Origin: Patescibacteria group bacterium
GTDB taxonomy: Bacteria > Patescibacteriota > Minisyncoccia > Minisyncoccales > JAQTPW01
Direction of reading: 5' to 3'
Assembly (NCBI GenBank): GCA_043804755.1
Contig: JAZDIT010000044.1
Location: forward strand, 24-64,023
DNA: 64,000 nt
The position numbers and the translations under genes are program-made. This document shows positions 28,521-38,837 of the stretch, piece after piece. The notes below the pieces were generated by a model that made no database searches, had not been told where the DNA came from, and worked only from the letters and a program-made list of their open reading frames with translations. Numbering within the stretch: position 1 is the first letter of the stretch; every line of letters starts with the position of its first letter.

Positions 28521-29204
28521 ATGCTACACGAGATTATAGATAAATTTTATTTGGACAGGCAAAAAGACAAAGATCAACGCCATTTTTATATTACCGATGC
28601 GGGAAAATGTCCGCGGGCTATATTCTTCAAATTCAAAAACGCTCCCAGGGAAGAAATGGGTGCGAATATTCTGAGAATGTTCGATCACGGAGATCACATC
28701 CATCAGTTGATAATGAAGCCTTTACTTTCCGTCAGGGAAATCCATGTGGTCGCTTCCGAAGTGAATATCCCGCCCCAGGCGCTTATTTCGGGCCGGGCAG
28801 ATGCGATTTTAAGCGATGGGAAAGATTTGTATGTTCTTGATATAAAAAGCATGAACAGCATGATTTTTAAAAACCTTGAAGCTGCCAAAGAAGAAAATAT
28901 TGATCAAGTCCAGCTATATTTGCACTATTTCAGGATTCCCAAAGGGTTGCTCTTATACGTTGATAAGGACAGGCTCGATTTGAAAGAGTTTGAGGTGGTC
29001 TATGACAAAGAAAGGGCGGAAAATCTTCTAAAAAATTTGAGTGAATTGAAAGAAAAAATAGATAAAAACACTATCCCTACGAGAATCGCAAGCTATCCCG
29101 ATGATTGGCAATGTAAATATTGCGCTTTCAAAGAAATTTGCAAAATGGCGAATGGCGGTGAGATTGGCTGGGAGGATTTCAAAAAAAAGATAGAAAAAAG
29201 TTAA
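28521..29204 (+). CDS. Solo Cas4-like PD-(D/E)XK nuclease with probable 4-Cys Fe-S cluster
   Basis: N-terminal CPR, GRADAI...DIKS, QVQLY, C-terminal CKYC...C. Confidence 0.8.
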   Translation: MLHEIIDKFYLDRQKDKDQRHFYITDAGKCPRAIFFKFKNAPREEMGANILRMFDHGDHIHQLIMKPLLSVREIHVVASEVNIPPQALISGRADAILSDGKDLYVLDIKSMNSMIFKNLEAAKEENIDQVQLYLHYFRIPKGLLLYVDKDRLDLKEFEVVYDKERAENLLKNLSELKEKIDKNTIPTRIASYPDDWQCKYCAFKEICKMANGGEIGWEDFKKKIEKS

Positions 29205-29205
29205 C

Positions 29206-29235
29206 AAAAAAACAGCCCGTACGGGCTGTTTTTTT
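29206..29235. terminator. Bidirectional terminator between convergent genes
   Basis: AAAAAAACAGCCCGT-ACGGGCTGTTTTTTT. Confidence 0.85.
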
Positions 29236-29245
29236 GTTTGAAAAC

Positions 29246-30529
29246 TTATGGAAGCAACTTCGCTGAAGAGAGAATATCGCCTTCCGACAATGCGTAAAGC
29301 CTGTTATCGGCGGTGTTGAAAGATAATTCAGGCGCATTGAATTCTCCGAAATCGTAAATGTTTATTTTGTCCCGATTGTCAATTTCGCTGATTTTTATGC
29401 TGTTTCCGGTATTGAACGCAATATAATTGGAATTTATCCAGAAGATATCTCCGATTTTTTCAGAAAAGCGGTTCAGGAACAATTTGTCGCCGGTTTTCCC
29501 CAGCGGCGGCTCATTGCTGTCCTGCAGGAAAAGAATCCAAATTTCGTAATCAGAAAAGTAGACGATTTTTCTCGAATCAGGCGATAACTTCAGGCCTTTT
29601 ATTGGTTCAAAGAATTCTTCAAAAATTCCCGATTGTGAATTCAACTGATATAATACTTGATTCTCCTGGATGAAAATTTGCCCGGGGAAAATAACTAATT
29701 TATATTCGGTTTCCTGTTTCAAAGAAAATGGTGTTGAATTGATTTTTTCCTTTTGCATATATGTTAGATCGGATTTGTAGACATACCCCGAATTATCCAG
29801 ATAATAAATATTACTGTTAATTCTTTGGGAAACGATAATATCCGCGGGAATCGAGGTGGTTGCTTTTTCTGTGAGAACCGGCGGATTTTTGCCGATATCG
29901 AGAGTAAAATTTTTCATCTGTTCTTTCATGCCGATATCCAGATTGATTTCAAGGGGATTTTGAGTAAATTGGACATTCAACAAATCTGCCCCCTTCTGAT
30001 AAATATCTTTTTCGCTAATCAGCTGGCTTTTGACGCCATTCGAAAGATTGTACAATTTTAACGTCCATATATCCGTTCCTCCTGCGGCTTGATTTTCCCG
30101 AATAACCATATTCTTTCCGTCAGGCGATAACCAAAAATCTTCTGCATTTTCGGTCAGAATTGTATAATTCTGATTTTCTGGAAACAAAACTATTGATTTT
30201 ATCTCGGTCACGGTTTTTTCTTTTATTTCCAGATTCTTTTCCCACGATTTGTATCCTTCCTTTTTTACAGTAATTTTATAATTTTTGGGCAATAAATTTT
30301 CAATAAGAATTGAACCGAAGAAAAAATCGGTCCTTTTCGACAACTTATCGTCAACATAGATTTCGGCTTGTTTTGGGTCAGTTTTTACGAAAATTCCGCC
30401 CGTTTGAGTTATTTTTTTGGCGGTAAAATCGAATCTATATCCCTGAGAATACAAAACCGCGACGGGAGCCGCTATTAAAAATAAAAGAAAGCAAGCGAAA
30501 AAGAGTATAGTTCGGGTTCTTTTAGTCAT
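29246..30529 (-). CDS. Membrane-anchored PEGA-domain protein with beta-propeller-like C-terminus
   Basis: N-terminal TM, GYRFD..TGGI.V.T.P..A.IY, LLP..Y.ITVKKEGY..WEK; SPDG/SPDS repeats. Confidence 0.75.
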   Translation of the reverse strand: MTKRTRTILFFACFLLFLIAAPVAVLYSQGYRFDFTAKKITQTGGIFVKTDPKQAEIYVDDKLSKRTDFFFGSILIENLLPKNYKITVKKEGYKSWEKNLEIKEKTVTEIKSIVLFPENQNYTILTENAEDFWLSPDGKNMVIRENQAAGGTDIWTLKLYNLSNGVKSQLISEKDIYQKGADLLNVQFTQNPLEINLDIGMKEQMKNFTLDIGKNPPVLTEKATTSIPADIIVSQRINSNIYYLDNSGYVYKSDLTYMQKEKINSTPFSLKQETEYKLVIFPGQIFIQENQVLYQLNSQSGIFEEFFEPIKGLKLSPDSRKIVYFSDYEIWILFLQDSNEPPLGKTGDKLFLNRFSEKIGDIFWINSNYIAFNTGNSIKISEIDNRDKINIYDFGEFNAPELSFNTADNRLYALSEGDILSSAKLLP

Positions 30530-30581
30530 TTTAAACATTCCTATTCTACAACAAAAATGCGCTTTTTGCAATTGTGCTTAT

Positions 30582-30610
30582 TTGACAAAACTGTGATAAT
30601 TAGGTAGAAT
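30582..30610 (+). promoter_or_regulatory. sigma70-type promoter
   Basis: TTGACA-17 nt-TAGAAT. Confidence 0.7.
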
Positions 30611-30655
30611 ATTCCATAGTGGAAACAGCACCTGAACAACTGAAACGGAGGCGAA

Positions 30656-30892
30656 ATGGCTGCTAACATCGTCATCAGGACCCAGAGTAATACTGTCCAT
30701 GTGTTTGATAAAAATAACAATCCGGTTCCCTTATTTGAGGGGAAGTATGAGGAGGTAAAATATCGAATTTGCTTGCAGTTTCAAGGAAACGACACAATTT
30801 TTGTAAATCAAACGCGACCGGGTCAGAACGACTTGGTCAAGAAAAGGGAGTGGCAATATGAAAGCGGAAGAACTCAAAAAGGAATTCTATGA
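30656..30892 (+). CDS. Hypothetical protein
   Basis: GGAGG SD upstream, promoter present, 78 aa. Confidence 0.6.
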   Translation: MAANIVIRTQSNTVHVFDKNNNPVPLFEGKYEEVKYRICLQFQGNDTIFVNQTRPGQNDLVKKREWQYESGRTQKGIL

Positions 30893-31580
30893 CGCCGGTA
30901 AGTTTACTGAAGGTCTGGCTGCGGTCATCAAGGCACTTCAGGATTCGACTGGGAACGATGATCCTGAATGGCCCAATTTGCTCGCCCTAAAAGCGTGGTT
31001 CCATTACCGCCTCAAAGACTATGCTCTCGCCCAGGATTCGGCAAAGGAAGCAGGGCCGGTTTTATGGGCCCGAGAGTGTTTGGCCTACATTGCCGCTTAC
31101 GTGGATAAAGATGATGCGGCATTGCGGCAATTTCTGGATGAGCTCGGCGATAACATCAACGTCACCAATGCCATGATCATTCGTGCCAGAGATAATGACA
31201 GCACTATTGCTCACGGCGAAGTCCTCATGAGAACACTTCTCATCCGCGGCGAAGGGGTAGAGACTGCTAATCTCTATCATAACGCCGGTCGTTACTTCCT
31301 GGCAAAGCCGAGGGACGACAGCGACTACGTTCTGGCTCTGGGATTTTTCACGGTCGCTGCGGCTCTATATGGCACTACTGGAAATTGGCATCACCGGGGC
31401 GCTCTCGCCTTCTGGCGATCTAGTGCCCTAGAACATTTTATGGACAAAAAATCTGCCATAAGCGCCGTCGAAGATTCTCTCCGCTGCTGGACCGAGGCGA
31501 TAGCTCTTGATCCGACAAACAAGCAGCATCTGGAAAAATGGCAAGGCGCCATTAACCGGTTAAGCGAACTCCGGAAATAA
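30858..31580 (+). CDS. Hypothetical alpha-helical (TPR-like) protein
   Basis: 240-aa ORF, helical Ala-rich pattern, ...AIALDPTN... TPR-like end; AAGGGAG upstream. Confidence 0.65.
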   Translation: MKAEELKKEFYDAGKFTEGLAAVIKALQDSTGNDDPEWPNLLALKAWFHYRLKDYALAQDSAKEAGPVLWARECLAYIAAYVDKDDAALRQFLDELGDNINVTNAMIIRARDNDSTIAHGEVLMRTLLIRGEGVETANLYHNAGRYFLAKPRDDSDYVLALGFFTVAAALYGTTGNWHHRGALAFWRSSALEHFMDKKSAISAVEDSLRCWTEAIALDPTNKQHLEKWQGAINRLSELRK

Positions 31581-31649
31581 TCAATGCGCCCGGTCGACGT
31601 TGTCGACCAGGCGCTATTTTATTTCGTTTTTAAATAGTAGAATATTAAA

Positions 31650-32834
31650 ATGACCATTTTCCCTAAAATAGAACAAATAACCAGAGATGCGACACTATCG
31701 CATTTCTTTTTGATGTTCGGATACAAGCTGTTTTCCATTTACTTTCCCTTGTTTTTGGTTTCAAAGAATTTTTCATTACACCAAATAGGGTATACAAATT
31801 TTCTCATATATCTTCCGATGGCGCTTTTTGCTCCAATTGCCGGATATCTCAGTCACAGAATAAATCTGGCGGTTCTTTCAGCCTTGGGCATCGCAGGATA
31901 CGGAATCTATGCTTTGGGGATGATTATTTTCCCCACTAATTTTACTTTTTATTTATTCCAGATAGTTTTGGGTATTTCAGCCGCTCTGTTTTTTGTCTCT
32001 TCCCGGGCGATGCTGATGGGTTCTAAATTGGAGAGCTACGACAGGGCTTTTGCATGGTTTTATTCGGCCAATTCCTATGCTGCCGCCATTTCCCCGGCAA
32101 TAGGGGCTTTAATCATCTGGAGATTCGGTTTTATCGGTGTTTTCGTTTTGAGTTTGGTTTTGCAGTTTTTCAACGCCATTTTCTTCTTTAGGCGATTTAA
32201 GAAACAAGTTACTCACCTGCCCGATAATATTAAGATTGGGGAATCTGTGAAAAATTATTTTTCATCCCTTGGAAAGATTAAGAATAAAAACAACTCTCCT
32301 TTCATTTTGATTTCTTTTTTAGTTTTGATTTTAGCCGGGTTTAACAATACCTTTTTTGTCTTGTATTTAAAAAATCTTGGTATGTCGCAGAGTCAAATTT
32401 TAATATTCAATTCTCTCTTAAACCTGGTGTTCTTGCCAACCTCTCTGTGGGTGATAAAATGGGTTTCCAAATTCAGGAGCGAGATCAATGTTTCTTGGGG
32501 AAGTCAGGTTGCCGGATTTTTTTCTTTTTTGCTTGGTGGATTCTACAGCATCATGAATTTTTATACCGTATTTGTTGTGACACTCGGAAACTACATTGGA
32601 AGCTTGATCGCCGACTCCGGTCGAAGCGGTCTTTTGTCCAGAAAGTTAAAAGATCACACCGAAGAATCGGCGGCTATCGATACTATTTTTTCTCCATTGG
32701 CCACGTCGATCGGGGCCGTAATCGGAGGATTGATCATCGGTCCCCTGGGGTATCCTTTGATATTCGTCGGTTTCGGGGCGTTGCTTTTCGGTTCGGGATT
32801 TTTTACGAGAATATTTACAAAGAGCGGAAATTAA
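31650..32834 (+). CDS. MFS transporter
   Basis: 394 aa, about 12 hydrophobic segments, GYLSHR and SPAIGA motifs. Confidence 0.85.
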   Translation: MTIFPKIEQITRDATLSHFFLMFGYKLFSIYFPLFLVSKNFSLHQIGYTNFLIYLPMALFAPIAGYLSHRINLAVLSALGIAGYGIYALGMIIFPTNFTFYLFQIVLGISAALFFVSSRAMLMGSKLESYDRAFAWFYSANSYAAAISPAIGALIIWRFGFIGVFVLSLVLQFFNAIFFFRRFKKQVTHLPDNIKIGESVKNYFSSLGKIKNKNNSPFILISFLVLILAGFNNTFFVLYLKNLGMSQSQILIFNSLLNLVFLPTSLWVIKWVSKFRSEINVSWGSQVAGFFSFLLGGFYSIMNFYTVFVVTLGNYIGSLIADSGRSGLLSRKLKDHTEESAAIDTIFSPLATSIGAVIGGLIIGPLGYPLIFVGFGALLFGSGFFTRIFTKSGN

Positions 32835-32979
32835 CTACACTCTGTTTCGGAAAGCACCCGTTGCCAGCCGATCGGGCGCTATTTTATTTCTTTTAAATTC
32901 TGCTAAAATATTGATGTTTCGGGGTTTGTCAAAAACAAAAAAATCGGATAATATTAAAAAAGCAAAGCGATAAAATTAC

Positions 32980-33993
32980 ATGTCTATATTCGTAAGAAAA
33001 ATCGGAATCGATTTGGGGACCTGCAACTCGGTCGTATTTATACCGGGCAAAGGGCCCGTTTTACAGGAGCCGTCAGTAGTGGCGGTGACTTTGGATGACA
33101 ACAAAATTCTGGCGGTAGGGGAGGCGGCAAAAGAAATGACAGGAAGGACTCCCGACACAATAAAAGTGTATCGTCCTTTGCGGGACGGCGTCATAGCCGA
33201 TTACAGGGTTACCCAGGCAATGCTTAAACATTTCATCGATAAAGTTTCGGGTACCCTGAAATTTTTAAAACCTGAATTGTTGATAGGAGTTCCCGCAGGC
33301 ATTACTTCCACGGAAAGGAGGGCGGTTATCGAAGCCGGAGTCTCGGCAGGAGCCAAAGCGGTTTATATAGCGAAAGAACCAATACTGTCTGCTATCGGAG
33401 CGGGGGTTCCCATTAATTCCTGTTCGGGACACATGATTGTAGATATTGGCGGAGGAACGTCGGAAGTGGCTGTAATTTCTTTGGGAGGAATAGTAACCTG
33501 CCATTCTCTGAGAGTAGCTGGAGACAAACTTGATGCCGCAGTTTCCGATTACATAAAGAAAAAATATAATCTCGCAATCGGGGAGCAGACTGCCGAAGAA
33601 ATCAAAATAAGAGTGGGTACCGCTTTGCCCGAAAAAGAGGAAAAATTCATCGAAATAAGAGGAAGAGATCTGGTTTTGGGTCTTCCCAAAAATATCAGAG
33701 TTTCTTCAAGCGAAGTTTGTGAAGCAATGAGCGACACTCTCGCCGAAATAATCCAGGTCATAAAATTGGTATTGAGGGACACTCCGCCGGAATTGTCGGC
33801 GGACATTATGGATAAAGGCATGGTTTTAGCCGGCGGCGGGGCTTTACTGCGGAATATCGACAAATTGATTTCCCAGAATACCGGAGTTCCGTGCATCCTG
33901 GCTGAAGATCCTCTGTTGTGCGTTGCAAAGGGAACGGGCTTGATGCTTGAAAGCTTGGACGTTTATAAAAAGAGCTTAATGAGCAAAAAATGA
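32980..33993 (+). CDS. mreB: Rod shape-determining protein MreB/Mbl (paralogue 1)
   Basis: IGIDLGT, EPSVVA, PLRDGVIAD, DIGGGT, GGGALL. Confidence 0.95.
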   Translation: MSIFVRKIGIDLGTCNSVVFIPGKGPVLQEPSVVAVTLDDNKILAVGEAAKEMTGRTPDTIKVYRPLRDGVIADYRVTQAMLKHFIDKVSGTLKFLKPELLIGVPAGITSTERRAVIEAGVSAGAKAVYIAKEPILSAIGAGVPINSCSGHMIVDIGGGTSEVAVISLGGIVTCHSLRVAGDKLDAAVSDYIKKKYNLAIGEQTAEEIKIRVGTALPEKEEKFIEIRGRDLVLGLPKNIRVSSSEVCEAMSDTLAEIIQVIKLVLRDTPPELSADIMDKGMVLAGGGALLRNIDKLISQNTGVPCILAEDPLLCVAKGTGLMLESLDVYKKSLMSKK

Positions 33994-34871
33994 AAATAAT
34001 CGGCCATCAAAATAACTGGCGGTTTCTGAAAAATTTGGCGGAAATCGGTAATTTTTCGCATGCATTTCTTTTTTGCGGCCGCGAGCATCTGGGCAAGAAA
34101 ACGATAGCGGTTGAATTCTTAAAACTGGTTTTCGGAAAAGATATTTCAATGCATTCCGATTTCAACCTTGTGGAGCCCCTGGAAAATGAAATTCAGATTT
34201 CCCAGATAAGGGATTTGAACTGGAAGCTTTCTTTAAAACCTTTTTCTGCGCCATTCAAGGCCGCGATAATAGATAAAGCGCATTTGATGAATCAGGAGGC
34301 ACAGAATTGTTTCCTGAAAACGCTGGAAGAGCCGAAGGGCAAAACGGTACTTATTTTAATCAGCGAATATCCCGAGTTACTATTACCGACGATACGTTCG
34401 AGGGTCCAAAAAGTGAAATTTTATCCGGTTGGGAAAAAAGAAATAGAAAATTATTTAACGGAAGAAAAGAGATCTCTGGAAGAGATAAAATTGCTTTCCG
34501 AAATTTCCATGGGCAGACCGGGGATAGCGATTGATTTCATTTCCGATCCGCAAAAACTGACCGGTTTCAAGAAAAGGGTCAGGGAGCTTACCGCCGTTTT
34601 AAATTCCGATTTGGCCTCGCGTTTCCAATACGCAAAAGATTTATCGGAGGCAGGCGATCTGAAAGAAATCCTGAATATCTGGCTTGATTACTTCAGAAAT
34701 ATCCTTCTTTCAAACTTGAAATTGCAGAAAAACTGGATGACTCTGAAAAAGGATTATACGCTTGAAAAGCTGAAAATCATTTTAAAAAACATACAAACCA
34801 CGATATTCCTGATTTCAACGACAAATATAAATCAGAAACTGGCTTTGGAATTATTACTAATGGAAATATAA
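33990..34871 (+). CDS. holB: DNA polymerase III delta-prime subunit
   Basis: HAFLFCG...GK, AQNCFLKTLEEP, LLPTIRSR. Confidence 0.9.
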   Translation: MKIIGHQNNWRFLKNLAEIGNFSHAFLFCGREHLGKKTIAVEFLKLVFGKDISMHSDFNLVEPLENEIQISQIRDLNWKLSLKPFSAPFKAAIIDKAHLMNQEAQNCFLKTLEEPKGKTVLILISEYPELLLPTIRSRVQKVKFYPVGKKEIENYLTEEKRSLEEIKLLSEISMGRPGIAIDFISDPQKLTGFKKRVRELTAVLNSDLASRFQYAKDLSEAGDLKEILNIWLDYFRNILLSNLKLQKNWMTLKKDYTLEKLKIILKNIQTTIFLISTTNINQKLALELLLMEI

Positions 34872-34874
34872 CAT

Positions 34875-35435
34875 ATGGCAATTTACCAAGATATCATCGA
34901 CAGGATAAAGCCCGAATGCGACAAAACCGTTTCGTTCTTCAACAGAGAAATGGAAAAAATAAGGACCGGCAGGGCAACACCGGCTTTGGTCGAAGACGTG
35001 GTTGTTGATTGTTTCAACCAGAAGCTTCCTCTAAAGCAATTAGGAGCCATTTCGATTCCTGAAGCCAGACAGATTCTCATACAGCCGTGGGATGCGTCCT
35101 ATATTCCCGGAATAGTCGCGGCTCTCGAAAGGACCGGAGTCGGTGCAAATCCGATAGTCGATAAAAATTCAATCCGGATAAGCCTTCCTTTGATTACGGC
35201 GGATTACCGCAAGGATTTGATGCGCTTGATTTCCGAAAAGCAGGAAGAAGCCCGCAAAACGATCAGAAAATGGCGCGAGGAAGCGTGGAACGAAATACAG
35301 GTGGGTTTTCGCGAAAGTACTGTCAGGGAAGACGACAAGTTCAGGGCAAAAGACGATTTGCAAAAATTGGTCGATGAATATAGCAAAAAAATAGAAGAGA
35401 TAGGGGAAAGGAAGAAAAAAGAAACCGAACTTTAA
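34875..35435 (+). CDS. frr: Ribosome recycling factor
   Basis: IRTGRA, IQPWD, EDDK. Confidence 0.95.
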   Translation: MAIYQDIIDRIKPECDKTVSFFNREMEKIRTGRATPALVEDVVVDCFNQKLPLKQLGAISIPEARQILIQPWDASYIPGIVAALERTGVGANPIVDKNSIRISLPLITADYRKDLMRLISEKQEEARKTIRKWREEAWNEIQVGFRESTVREDDKFRAKDDLQKLVDEYSKKIEEIGERKKKETEL

Positions 35436-35436
35436 A

Positions 35437-36519
35437 ATGTTTTTGACAATTACCATCGCTTTTTTTAGTTTAATAGGGCTTGTTGTTCTCCATGAATTCG
35501 GGCATTTTATCGTTGCCAAGCGCTTTGGCGTGAGAGTCGAGGAATTCGGCATCGGCTATCCTCCGAAATTATTCGGAAAGAAAATCGGCGAAACCGTTTA
35601 TTCCCTGAACCTTCTGCCTTTCGGCGCCTTCGTGAAAATGCCGGGCGAAATCGAACAATCCGACGACCCGAGGAGTTTTTTCAATAAACCGGTATGGCAA
35701 AGAGCGCTGATTGTCGTTGCCGGAGTGGTATCATTCTGGATAATTGCAGCCGTTTTATTCAGCATAGTTTTAATGATGGGGGCGCCTACGGCCATTTCCG
35801 ATGAGGAAACGGCTGGCATTGTGAATCCAAAGGTTCAGATTACCGCAGTTGCGAAAGATTCTCCCGCTTTTGTGGCCGGTTTGCAGGCTGGAGATAACAT
35901 AATAGGAATAAAAGTTCCCGGTGCGGATTTCACGGATATCAACAAGGTGAAAGATTTTCAGGATTTTGTAAATTTGTCCAAAGGGCAAAGCATCGATTTA
36001 AAAATAGAAAGGGGTAATGAAAATTTCGAGGTCAATCTGGTTTCGCGCTTAAATCCTCCCAACGGAGAAGGCCCCTTGGGGGTAGCTTTGGTCAGAGTTG
36101 CGATTATGAGCCATCCCTGGTGGCAAGCTCCCTGGCAGGGGATTCTAGCCACTTTTGACACGACAAAGGGAGTCATTTTGGGTTATGCCAGAGCTTTAAC
36201 GAATCTTTTTAACGGATTGCCTACGGGAGTAGAACTTACGGGGCCTGTCGGAATAGTATCTTTATTCAGCCAGGTCGGAAAATTGGGAGTGAATTATTTT
36301 CTGCAGTTTGTCGCAATCATCGCCGTTTATGTCGCGATATTCAACATTTTACCCATTCCTTCGGTTGATGGCGGGAAACTTTTATTTCTTGCCATAGAAG
36401 CAGTACGGAGAAAGCCCGTCAATCCGAAAATCGAGCAGGGCATTACCACCGTTTTTTTCACCCTTCTGCTTTTAGTGATGGTTTGGGTAACTATAAAAGA
36501 CGTAATAAGATTGTTTTGA
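35437..36519 (+). CDS. rseP: Site-2 (RseP-like) zinc metalloprotease with PDZ domain
   Basis: HEFGH, GPVGI, NILPIPSVDGG. Confidence 0.92.
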   Translation: MFLTITIAFFSLIGLVVLHEFGHFIVAKRFGVRVEEFGIGYPPKLFGKKIGETVYSLNLLPFGAFVKMPGEIEQSDDPRSFFNKPVWQRALIVVAGVVSFWIIAAVLFSIVLMMGAPTAISDEETAGIVNPKVQITAVAKDSPAFVAGLQAGDNIIGIKVPGADFTDINKVKDFQDFVNLSKGQSIDLKIERGNENFEVNLVSRLNPPNGEGPLGVALVRVAIMSHPWWQAPWQGILATFDTTKGVILGYARALTNLFNGLPTGVELTGPVGIVSLFSQVGKLGVNYFLQFVAIIAVYVAIFNILPIPSVDGGKLLFLAIEAVRRKPVNPKIEQGITTVFFTLLLLVMVWVTIKDVIRLF

Positions 36520-36550
36520 TATAAACAAAATCAAGATTTTATTTTAAAAA

Positions 36551-37795
36551 ATGCGCCAATCAAAACTTTTTACAAAGATTTCAAAAGAATTTCCAAAAGA
36601 TGAAAGCAGCATCAACGCCCGTTTTCTGATAAGAGCCGGTTTTATCGACAAATTAATGTCGGGCGTATTTTCATTTCTTCCGTTGGGTTTGGCTGTCATG
36701 GGAAAAATTGAAAACATCATCCGCGAAGAAATGAACAAAATCGGAGGCCAGGAAATTTTATTGCCGGCTCTGCATCCCAAAGAAAACTGGCAGCTTACCG
36801 ACAGATGGAAATATCCCGAGATGTTTAAACTCAAGAATCGGGCGGAAAAAGATTTCAGTCTGGGGTGGACTCATGAGGAAATCGTCACGCCTTTGATCAA
36901 AAAATTCGTAAAATCCTACAAAGATCTTCCGGTTTACGTTTACCAGTTTCAGGATAAATTTCGCGACGAATTGCGGGCAAAATCCGGTCTTTTGAGAGGG
37001 ATGGAATTCACAATGAAAGATCTCTATTCTTTTCATGCGAGTGAGAGCGATTTAGACGAATATTATGAAAAGGTAAAAGGAGCTTATTTCAGGATTTTCG
37101 AGCGCTGCGGTCTTGGGAAAGTGACTTTTCTGACTTTGGCCTCGGGGGGCGCTTTCAGCAAATATTCCCACGAATTTCAGACGATAACCCCCTATGGGGA
37201 AGACGAGATACATCTCTGCCCTAAATGCAAAATTGCCGTCAATAAGGAAATTATCGAAGACGAAAAACATATGTGTCCCGGATGCAAACGCAAGAATATG
37301 GAAGCCAAGAAATCAATTGAAGTCGGCAATATTTTCAAACTCGGAAATAAATTTTCAGAACCCTTCGGGCTGAAATTCAAGGAAAAAGACGGCAGTGAAA
37401 AGTTATTGTCGATGGGATGCTACGGAATAGGTTTGGGGCGATTAATGGGAGCCGTCGTCGAAGTTCACCACGACGAAAAGGGAATTATCTGGCCAAGAAC
37501 CGTATCTCCTTTCCTGGCGCATCTGATTGAAATAAAGGGACAAAATTCGAAAGTTAAAAAAGAAGCCGAAAAACTTTATCAGGTTTTACAGAAAAAAGAA
37601 GTAGAAGTATTATATGACGATAGGGACGACAAAACTGCCGGAGAAAAGTTCGCAGAGTGCGATCTCATCGGGATTCCCGTTAGAATAGTCGTTTCCGAGA
37701 GAACTTTGGAAAGGGGCTGCGCCGAAATCAAAGGAAGGCAGGAAGAAAAAACAAAATTAATAAAATTAAGCCAAGTCACAAAAAATGTTGGATAA
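36551..37795 (+). CDS. proS: Proline--tRNA ligase (no INS editing domain)
   Basis: MRQSKLF, THEE, KFRDELR..GLLR..EF.MKD, EVGNIFKLG, GCYGIG. Confidence 0.95.
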   Translation: MRQSKLFTKISKEFPKDESSINARFLIRAGFIDKLMSGVFSFLPLGLAVMGKIENIIREEMNKIGGQEILLPALHPKENWQLTDRWKYPEMFKLKNRAEKDFSLGWTHEEIVTPLIKKFVKSYKDLPVYVYQFQDKFRDELRAKSGLLRGMEFTMKDLYSFHASESDLDEYYEKVKGAYFRIFERCGLGKVTFLTLASGGAFSKYSHEFQTITPYGEDEIHLCPKCKIAVNKEIIEDEKHMCPGCKRKNMEAKKSIEVGNIFKLGNKFSEPFGLKFKEKDGSEKLLSMGCYGIGLGRLMGAVVEVHHDEKGIIWPRTVSPFLAHLIEIKGQNSKVKKEAEKLYQVLQKKEVEVLYDDRDDKTAGEKFAECDLIGIPVRIVVSERTLERGCAEIKGRQEEKTKLIKLSQVTKNVG

Positions 37796-38837
37796 AATTT
37801 GGAAAATATTTTCGGAAGACATCGCAATTGATTTGGGAACGGCAAATTCCGAGGTTTATGTAAGGGGGCGGGGAATAATCATCCAGGAACCGAGCGTCGT
37901 TGCCATCAACCAAAAAACCGGGCAGATTCTTGCAATAGGCGAGGAGGCGAAAAAAATGGTTGGCAGAACGCCGGCTCATATCGTGGCTACAAGACCTCTG
38001 AGATCGGGCGTGATTTCCGATTTTGAAGTGACCGAGCAGATGCTCAGATATTTTATTGAAAAAGCCCAACGGAAAAAATTCGCTTTGTCGGCCAGGCCAA
38101 GAGTTATAATAGGTATTCCTTCCGGGGTGACGGAGGTGGAGAAAAAAGCCGTGATAGATGCCGCAAAATCGGCCGGAGCGAGGGAAGTTTTTTTGATTGA
38201 AGAACCAATGGCTGCTGCGATAGGCGCACGGCTTCCGGTACAGGAAGCGGGCGGGAATTTCATAGTCGATATCGGCGGAGGAACCGCGGAAATCGCAATA
38301 ATCTCCCTTGGCGGAATAGTTTTATCCAAAAGTTTGAGGATAGCGGGCGACAAACTGAATGAAGACATAATCCAGTTTGCTCAGGAAGAATATAAGCTCC
38401 TTATCGGGGAAAGAACCGCCGAAGCGATTAAAATCGGAATAGGATCGGCTTATCCGCTGAAGGAAAAAAGGGAGCTTCCCATGCGCGGAAGGAACTTGGT
38501 AACGGGCCTTCCTGAAGAAATACTCGTTTCGGATGAAGATATAAGGAGAGCCATGGAAAAATCCGTAAAGAGAATTGTCACTGAAATCAAAACCGCAGTG
38601 GAAGAGAGTCCGCCGGAATTGCTGGCTGACATCATGGCGTCGGGAATTTATTTTTCGGGCGGGGGATCTTTGTTGCGCGGATTGGATATTCTTGTGGCTA
38701 AAGAAACGAAAATTCCCACGCGCCTTATTGAAGACCCGATGACTGCGGTTGTGAGGGGAGCGGGAATGGTTCTGGAAAATCTTGATGAACTCGAAGACGT
38801 GCTCGTGGAAACTGCGGAACTCGAACCGCCAAAATAA
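37785..38837 (+). CDS. mreB: Rod shape-determining protein MreB (paralogue 2)
   Basis: DIAIDLGTAN, EPSVVA, IEEPMAAAIGA, DIGGGT. Confidence 0.96.
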   Translation: MLDKIWKIFSEDIAIDLGTANSEVYVRGRGIIIQEPSVVAINQKTGQILAIGEEAKKMVGRTPAHIVATRPLRSGVISDFEVTEQMLRYFIEKAQRKKFALSARPRVIIGIPSGVTEVEKKAVIDAAKSAGAREVFLIEEPMAAAIGARLPVQEAGGNFIVDIGGGTAEIAIISLGGIVLSKSLRIAGDKLNEDIIQFAQEEYKLLIGERTAEAIKIGIGSAYPLKEKRELPMRGRNLVTGLPEEILVSDEDIRRAMEKSVKRIVTEIKTAVEESPPELLADIMASGIYFSGGGSLLRGLDILVAKETKIPTRLIEDPMTAVVRGAGMVLENLDELEDVLVETAELEPPK

